A DNA stretch of 61,054 nucleotides, counting the filler, from Dugesia japonica (taxonomy: Eukaryota), in the NCBI GenBank assembly GCA_001938525.1. It is 5 parts of 5 records of this genome, joined end to end, with 100 filler letters (N's around TTAATTAATTAA, not from the genome) between each part and the next. Parts side by side here need not be neighbours in the genome. Positions count along the whole stretch, not along the records: positions 50,811 to 61,054 come from MQRL01601643.1; 4 more parts are not named here. One strand, 5' to 3'. Shown here piece by piece: positions 53,906 to 61,054 of this stretch; within the stretch, counting starts at the first letter, position 1; the number at the start of each line of letters is the position of its first letter. The position numbers and the translations under genes were made by a program. The notes below the pieces were generated by a model. The model searched no databases. It was not told the DNA's origin and was given only the letters and a program-made list of their open reading frames with translations.

Positions 53906-54064
53906 ACAATAAATTTCTTATTTGTAAATGTTGAAGATCTCTTATCACTTTTATAATACAATATTTATTTTTATTTTTGATTGTTTATTATTATTTATTA
54001 CTATTGAATATTTATTGTATTGATTGTTCATCATTATTGATGATTATTATTATTATTATTACAA

Positions 54065-55586
54065 CTAGATTTATCAAACCCGTCAAATGGACGGGTTACA
54101 TAAATTTAGTGTTGATAAATCTAAAAACCTGAATATTTTATAGTATAAATTAATATTGAATATTAGTAATTGTACTTTGAGGGCGGATTACTCAATTTCA
54201 ATAAAATTTCAACATGTCAAAACAGGCAAAAAAGGGAATTTTTGAGTGAAAAAGGGTCAAAAACAAACCTTTTAGACTTTTCATTAATTTGACAGGGAAA
54301 AATCAAAATAATCAAATTAAAATAAAATTCAAATTTTCGCATCAAAATGAAAATTCTGATTGAGAAGTAAATTTGAAAAATCTCAAAAATTACCCACCAC
54401 TTCACAGAAAATAGATGAATGGAATTTTTTAAAACTTTCATAAAATTAAAATAATAAAAAATATGATGCAACTTGATACCAATTTAAAAAATAAAATAAG
54501 AGAAATTATAAATAAAAATATAGTTGTTTATTCAGAATATTATTATTTAACTAAAAAACATAATGATTTCTTTACTAGTTGTTTTTCAGAATATTATCAA
54601 TATATTTACTCATTATTAGCTTCTATAAAAAAAATAATAGGATTAATTTATAAAGAAAAATTTGTACATTTAGGTTTTGTTATTAGGTAGATAGTGGCGC
54701 ATTGCCAGCATTGACTTTTCATTGAAGACCCCCTCGGAGAAAAAAAAGTTAAATAAATAAAAATAAGAAAAAATAAAATAAAATTAATATCATATTTAAA
54801 ATTTGGTATAAAAAATTCATAGATATTTAAAAANAAGCTTAGAAATAAAAAACAAAAAAAACTGGCATAAAAATTTAAGGGAAATTAAAATACTGGCATA
54901 AATTTTAAAAGAAAAATCTAAACTGGCATAAATTTAAAAGAAATTAAAAAACAGGCATAAAATATGAAAGAAAATTAAAAAACTGGCATAAAAACATAAA
55001 AGAAATTAAAAAACGGGCATAAAATTTAAAAGAAATTAAGCTTTTATAATATTTATTTAAAAACATATTAACTAGTTAATTTGATTAAAATATTATATGA
55101 TTATTAAAAATAAATGTTCAATGCATGGAACATTTTAACCAATCAAAATAAAACATAAATTCTAAATCTCATTTATTTTCTCATTCACAATTTTTATTTT
55201 GATGCAAAAATTTGAAATTTAATTTAATTGCATTATTTTGTTTTTTCCTACTCAAATTAATGAAAAGTCGATTTTTCGTTCGTTTTGGAGATTAAAAAAC
55301 TTTAAAAATTTCATTAAACCTAAAAAAAGTTTGGAAATTGGTGACATTAAAAGCCCGGTTTTAGACCTTTTTTCACTCAAAAAGCCCCTTTTTTGCCTGT
55401 TTTGACATGTTGAACTTTTATTGAAATCGAGGGATCCGCCCTCAAAGTACAATTAATAATATTAAGCATATATAAAAGGTGTAAACATCTGAATTTTTTT
55501 TTCAAATAACTTCAAATTACGAGTATTCGTATGTTATGTTCATCGTTTAAACAATACCTGTCAAATTGACGGGTTCACTATACTAG
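54065..55586. mobile_element. Two oppositely oriented Helitron-like 3' ends forming a large inverted repeat around a ~30-bp minisatellite
   Basis: Hairpin ACC(C/T)GTCAAAT(T/G)GACGGGT ~9 nt from CTAG|T at both ends; 54165-54270 is the reverse complement of 55355-55460; AAACTGGCATAAA repeats at 54855-55040. Confidence 0.7.
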
Positions 55587-55765
55587 TAGTTTTTGTTGTA
55601 AAAGACAGTTTGCCTTTATTATCTTTCTATAACTGGTGTATGAATATAGAAAAGATTGTTGGATAGGAAGATATATGTTGTATACAAGTGAAATTATATG
55701 TATATATGAGTCCCANNNNNNNNNNNNNNNNNNNNNNNNNNNNNNNNNNNNNNNNNNNNNNNNNN

Positions 55766-56576
55766 AAAGAAAAATCTAAACTGGCATAAATTTAAAAGAA
55801 ATTTAAAAACAGGCATAAAATTTAAAAGAAAATTAAAAACTGGCATAAAAAAGTTANNNNNNNNNNNNNNNNNNNNNNNNNNNNNNNNNNNATTAAGCTT
55901 TTTATAATATTTATTTAAAAACATATTAACTAGTTAATTTGATTAAAATATTATATGATTACTAAAATTAAATGTTCCATGCATGGAACATTTTAACCAA
56001 TCAAAATCAAACATAAATTCTAAATTTCATTTATTTTCTCATTCAAAATTTTTATTTTGATGCAAAAATTTGAAATTTAATTTAATTGCATTATTTTGTT
56101 TTTTCCTACTCAAATTAATGAAAATTCGATTTTTCGTTGGTTTTGGAGGCTAAAAAACTTTAAAAATTACATTAAACCTCAAAAAATTTGAAAAATTGGT
56201 GATATTAAAAGCCTGGTTTTGGACCTTTTTTCACTCAAAAAGCCCCTTTTTGTCCAGTTTTGACATGTTGAACTTTTATTGAAATCGAGGGATCCGCCCT
56301 CAAAGTACAATTAATAATTTTAAGCATATACAAAAGGTTTAAACATCTGAATTTTCTTTTCAAATAACTTCAAATTACGAGTATTCGTATGTTATGTTCA
56401 TCATTTTAACAATACCTGTCAAATTGACGGGTTCACTATACTAGTAGGTTTTGTTGTAAAAGACAAAGTTTGCCTTTATTATCTTTCGATAACTGGTGTA
56501 TGAATATAGACAAGATTGTTGGATAGGAAGATATATGTTGTATACAAGTGAAATTATATGTATATATGAGTCCCAC
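55766..56576 (+). repeat. Tandem near-duplicate of ~54910-55714, including the Helitron-like end (CTAG 56441-56444) and its flank
   Basis: Colinear with scattered substitutions; separated by an N gap. Confidence 0.85.
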
Positions 56577-57589
56577 ACATGTATGTGTTATAAAAATCAT
56601 GTAAAACTGATTAAACATGTCTGTTAAAATAATCAATTATGGTTAGTTTTATTTGGTGGTGTCGATGTAAATGNNNNNNNNNNNNNNNNNNNNNNNNNNN
56701 NNNNNNNCATTTCAATTTTATTCGATAATTGAAAATTTTTGTTTTCAAAAGTAAATATAATACATAGTGATACAAACAATTTTATCTCATATTGATTTAT
56801 AATTGCTTAAATGTAAGTGTATGTTTATTGCGAAGAGTTGTAAATAAAATTTATTTTATCATTGAATATTTGATATATAAAGACTTTTTGAGAAAAACAG
56901 AATACCACAGTTTATATTATTTGTTTATAACTGCTTACATACCTGAAATCAGTACAAACAATACTCCTTATAACAGTAGAAACATAAGGTATTGATTTTT
57001 GACCTAAAAGTAGTAAATAAGCAAACTCAGTTAAAAATGTTTAACCATTAATACAAAAAGATTTTTATTAATTAGCAACTCACTAATTGATAATATGAAA
57101 CCTAATGATCAAGTTATAAGCTGAAGTCTTATAAACTAATGACTGATATGTATTAAGTATAATTTGTAATTCAAGCGAGTATTATGAAATTTGGACCCAA
57201 ACCAAAGGAATGCGAGTCTGTACTCGAATTTAGAGTCAACGGCTCCATTTCGAAGATCTGGATTTTTGGGGACACCAGATTCCAATTCATTGCGGGGTTT
57301 TACCAGGTCAATGACCCTAGATTTAATTTTACATAAAGTTCGACCTCCTAGATTTAGTTATATAAGAAATTAACTGACCTAGGGTAAGACCGCAACATAT
57401 TATTAAGTAGCAAAATTTTTTTTTTTAAGTAATTGTAATTACGAGTGAAACGGACAAATAGATGAAAATATCTATGATAAAAATTGAATCAAAACAAAAC
57501 TCTATTTACAAACATCAAAATTATCAACACAGAATGTTAATTATAATCAATAATAATATTGACAATAATCCATGACAACAATCTCAACA

Positions 57590-57591
57590 AA

Positions 57592-57657
<66 letters not shown>

Positions 57658-57707
57658 NNNNNNNNNNNNNNNNNNNNNNNNNNNNNNNNNNNNNNNNNNN
57701 NNNNNNN

Positions 57708-57769
<62 letters not shown>

Positions 57770-57830
57770 TAATAACATTAATCAATAATAGTAATAATTA
57801 TAAAAATAATGATAATAATAATAAACAACC
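57590..57830. repeat. (AAT)n microsatellite
   Basis: Direct inspection. Confidence 0.95.
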
Positions 57831-58414
57831 AATAAATATAAACCTTAGATTTGTGAATGTTGTTTGGCCTCTTCGATTTCAATTGAAAAACAACAATTTC
57901 AATATTCTTTTAATATCCAATTAATATAGTTTATTATCCTTTTGATATCCTTGTAATATTCTTATAATTCTTGGAATCAAATCGTCTTAACTGTAAATGA
58001 TTCAAATATATATAATGATAGAACATCCCCACAGTCTCCTGAATTTCAGGGAAATCTCCGAAAGGAATTTTATTTAAAATATCAATGTGATATTTGATTA
58101 AATATATTTGAATAATTTAATTTGATATATTAATTTTAATAATATATTAATCATTAATTATGTTGGGATCTCACCTGAGTTGAGTTACAAAAATGGTGGC
58201 TGGGGAAAAAACAGCCCTCAGGGGAACCTTTTCAAGAATTTAACCTACCGTCCCTTTGGTAGGTCTTCAGTTTATGGCGGTTGATCTTACTCTTAATGGA
58301 AGGTGCTCACCGATAAACCTTTAATTTCGGGTTCTATATTTTTCCCTATCATTATTATCCAAGAAAATAAATTACAACTCTGATTAAAAATATTTTTTTT
58401 AAGAGAAAACATAT

Positions 58415-58834
58415 TTAAAGTAAATCCAGTGCTCCCGGATCGAGCCATTGGTCTGGGTTCGTGGTTACAAAATTAAACGCAGCGATATCATCATCGTCAT
58501 CCCACTGCGTTATATTAGGATTGCCAATTTGCCTTGATAGGTCCGCAATGTATTGTTTTAAAAATTCAATTTTTCGCTGCAGCAATTGTTTATTTTCGAT
58601 TTCTAACGCCTTTGTCTGAATGGCGAGGTCGTTTTGTTTCTTTATGACTAAATCTAGTTTTTTTATCAACTGGTTTCGTTGGTCAAGGTGCTTCAATATA
58701 GCTTTGTCGGCTTTACGTTTCAGATGCCTTTCAAGAAGGAGGCGACGCAGAATGCGATGGCATCTCCTAAGGTTGTTGGGGAAAATAATTCGTGGCACTG
58801 AATGAAAAATATAGTTAAACTTGACAAGAATCAA
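58415..58834 (-). CDS. bZIP-like basic/coiled-coil protein with acidic-aromatic tail
   Basis: RRCHRILRRLLLERHLKRK, then heptads (KALEIENKQLLQRKIEFLKQ), then WDDDDD...WLDPGALDLL; paralogue at 1-239; likely splice acceptor TTTTTCATTCAG at ~58799, so the listed start is doubtful. Confidence 0.7.
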   Translation of the reverse strand: MILVKFNYIFHSVPRIIFPNNLRRCHRILRRLLLERHLKRKADKAILKHLDQRNQLIKKLDLVIKKQNDLAIQTKALEIENKQLLQRKIEFLKQYIADLSRQIGNPNITQWDDDDDIAAFNFVTTNPDQWLDPGALDLL

Positions 58835-58912
58835 ATTCGGAATTAAAGTAATGAATTAGAAAAGGTATAAAATAATTTATTTAATAAACAATTAAATAGG
58901 AGATAGAGTAAC

Positions 58913-59272
58913 TCAGGGGCGATTGGTCTGAGTCCCTTTGTCAATCAAGAGGGGTGGTAAAGGCATCGTGGCTCGTAACTTCACTATATTCTCGACGAGT
59001 TGGTTTTCACGCTCTTGGTAGGTTTTAGTAATTGTGGTAAAAGCTTCAACTTGTGCTTTCCATACCCTCTCTTGATTTTGGGTGTCGTCCATCTCTGCTT
59101 TAAACATCAGGAATTTCCGCTTATAGCGCTTCACTTTGGCTTCTGCCGCAGTGGTCTCTGCCTCCCACCGCCTTTTGGCTAATCTTTAAAGATCGTAAGT
59201 CATCTCGTTGTCATCATCATCTTCTCGTAATTTCTTATTTGGTGCCTGGGATCTATTTAAGGACGAATGCAC
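58913..59272 (-). pseudogene. Element-encoded coiled-coil protein with one in-frame TAA upstream of the listed ORF
   Basis: Frame extends to an acceptor-like TTTATTTCAG: ...LREDDDDNEMTYDL*RLAKRRWEAETTAAEAKVKRYKRKF...KGTQT. Confidence 0.5.
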
Positions 59273-59534
59273 TGAAATAAAAGTACGTTTAAGGTATTAA
59301 ATTTTGCCTGATATTGGCTAAATACTAGTAACATGGAGTAGATATGGTTACCCATATCATTAAATGAAAATTGGAAAGAATTCAATAGTCATAAATATTA
59401 TTTTAATTTTACAAGAAAATTTCATTTAAAAAAATCAATATTGCATCATTTTCCCAGTACATCGATTCACAAGAAAAGTTAAACATAGACGAAAATGAAA
59501 ACACCTATTTATTTCTAAAACAAACAACCAAAAA

Positions 59535-59891
59535 CTAGGATTGATTAATAGCAGTGTCGGTGTTAGGGGCAGTGTTTTCGATATCCGTTAACCCATTCGG
59601 ATCCCGGACTCCCCAGAGGAGATTAGCGATGAACGCTTGTATCGTCGGAGCTGGGGGAGGAGTGGTAGATTGATAGGAGAAGGAAGTCACAAGAGTACGA
59701 TCCGGCCTCGTCCATGCCTGATATCGTTGCCGCTCTGCAAAATCATTAATGCGGGCGACGGCTGCTTCGACCGGTGGTAAATTCAACCGGTCTACTAAGA
59801 TCCCGGCATCCCGATTGTGCGGGTTGTGATAACGGCGTAACATTAGTCGACGAGTTCTCCTATCGATTACGCGTATCCAAATGGAATCCAT
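59535..59891 (-). CDS. Element-encoded 118-aa hypothetical protein
   Basis: ATG start, GC-elevated relative to flanks, AATAAA downstream of the stop. Confidence 0.6.
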   Translation of the reverse strand: MDSIWIRVIDRRTRRLMLRRYHNPHNRDAGILVDRLNLPPVEAAVARINDFAERQRYQAWTRPDRTLVTSFSYQSTTPPPAPTIQAFIANLLWGVRDPNGLTDIENTAPNTDTAINQS

Positions 59892-60023
59892 ACTTATGTA
59901 TAAAACATAACTAGTAAAATTTTAACCATGTCATATTACGATATAATAAATAAATATAAGTAAGAAATACACAATTAATCTATAATTAATTCGCACAGAC
60001 ACTCGTGATATTAAATAAAGGAG

Positions 60024-60196
60024 TCATTCTTCATCTAAGTCGACTTTCCCGTCTAATGGGAACATTTCGGCGAAACAACACAAGTCCGTTTCGTCCGGTT
60101 GTTCTATTTTTCCACGAGTTAACAGGCAGGCTATTAATTGTTTCAAACGGGCTGCTTGTCTTTGTCGTTTTATCTTTCGTAGCACTTGATACAGTT
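60024..60196 (-). CDS. PDETxLxC-MFPL family protein; 5' part lost in N gap, absent from the ORF track
   Basis: LYQVLRKIKRQRQAARLKQLIACLLTRGKIEQPDETDLCCFAEMFPLDGKVDLDEE*, homologous to 10005-10185. Confidence 0.7.
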
Positions 60197-61054
60197 NNNN
60201 NNNNNNNNNNNNNNNNNNNNNNNNNNNNNNNNNNNNNNNNNNNNNNNNNNNNNNNNNNNNNNNNNNNNNNNNNNGTATTAAGAGCGAGGAGCTACCCAGG
60301 CATTCTGGATCTAACCCAATAAAGTTTCATTTTTAAATGGAGAAGTTCCATCATATGCAAAATCCAGTTAGACACGTTGTCATCTATGTTTCTGATGATA
60401 CTTGCTATCAGAAGGTGAATAGTAACTATTATGGTAATAACAGAAAATGTAGAGGAAAAGTAACTGCTCCAAAATTTTCTTTTCCTTTCGCAAGATGTTT
60501 AAAAACAAAAACAAACCCGAGGTTGGGAGGGATACTAGGAGGTTAGTGGTTACCCAGGTTATTGATTCTTTTAAACATCGAGACATCATACTTTATTGCA
60601 AACTATAGAATTATTTCTTACGATTTTAGTAATGAGTGTGGTAATGAAAAATAATCCTGATATTCCGGAATGGCAGTACTAATAAATACAAGGATTTAAA
60701 AAAAAAGTTATAATAGTAATAAATAGGATGCTAAAATAAGCGAAAACAAGATTATTAATTAATTAAAATCAGAATATGATTTGAAATTCTCCGGTGTCAT
60801 GGTTGCTTGGCGACCACACACCTGATTAATGTCTAACTTATGATATGTTAGATTTTATCGCAGTTAGTGTGTATCAGGTGAGATGGCTGTCTAATTTTCA
60901 GCATCGGCATAATTATTGCTTTAATAGAGCTTAATGGATATCGTTAAACTTGGCAGTCCACCACTTGTCATGACTCATGACTAATATACTGTTTAAAGTT
61001 TAATAAGTGAAAAATACTAACCTTATAATAATTTATTGTATTCTGGTTGGCTGC

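Larger units (their letters stand above)
58161..60400 (-). mobile_element. Longest copy (C) of the unclassified multi-gene element; right boundary unknown, may run beyond the window
   Basis: Terminus TGTTGGG at 58161; four co-oriented small ORFs, two with paralogues elsewhere in the window. Confidence 0.75.

Noticed and set aside
58225-58272. Hammerhead ribozyme (minus strand CTGAAGA plus stem)
   Set aside because: The stem is followed by TTAAA, not GAAA; copy A has CTGAATA; no stems I/III found
58161-58834. Fanzor/omegaRNA-type system at the element end
   Set aside because: The adjacent ORF has no RuvC or zinc-finger motifs, and none is seen elsewhere in the window
60005-60322. Plus-strand 105-aa ORF
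   Set aside because: Shadow of the conserved minus-strand protein and spans an N gap

Overview
Very AT-rich eukaryotic DNA. Short (~45-75 nt) GT-AG introns, (AAT)n microsatellites, a TRAF gene and NeSL/Polinton/mariner remnants point to an invertebrate metazoan; a planarian-like flatworm is plausible but not proven. The window joins five scaffolds (about 1-11202, 11303-24274, 24375-33959, 34060-50710, 50811-61054) with artificial N-TTAATTAATTAA-N linkers, so adjacency across linkers means nothing. Host-type genes: a spliced Elongin A, a probably frameshifted RING-coiled coil-MATH TRAF gene and a double-RING protein. Most of the rest is decayed mobile DNA: three mariners and one DUF4817-type Tc1/mariner, a full-length Buster-type hAT with TIRs and TSD, Ty3/Gypsy fragments, an Ulp1-bearing NeSL-like LINE, a Polinton-type DNA polymerase remnant and Helitron-like ends. 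Three things are not explained by standard categories. (1) A repeated multi-gene element, seen as four pieces, with a conserved structured ...CCCAACA terminus showing a compensatory base change; it carries small unknown ORFs, including a bZIP-like protein with an acidic tail and a PDETxLxC-MFPL protein. (2) A divergent, intronless TBP-like pseudogene missed by the ORF track, next to three tandem arrays and small orphan genes. (3) A four-copy asymmetric fold-back element with apparent 11-12 bp target duplications. All homology calls are by motif recognition only; no searches were run.
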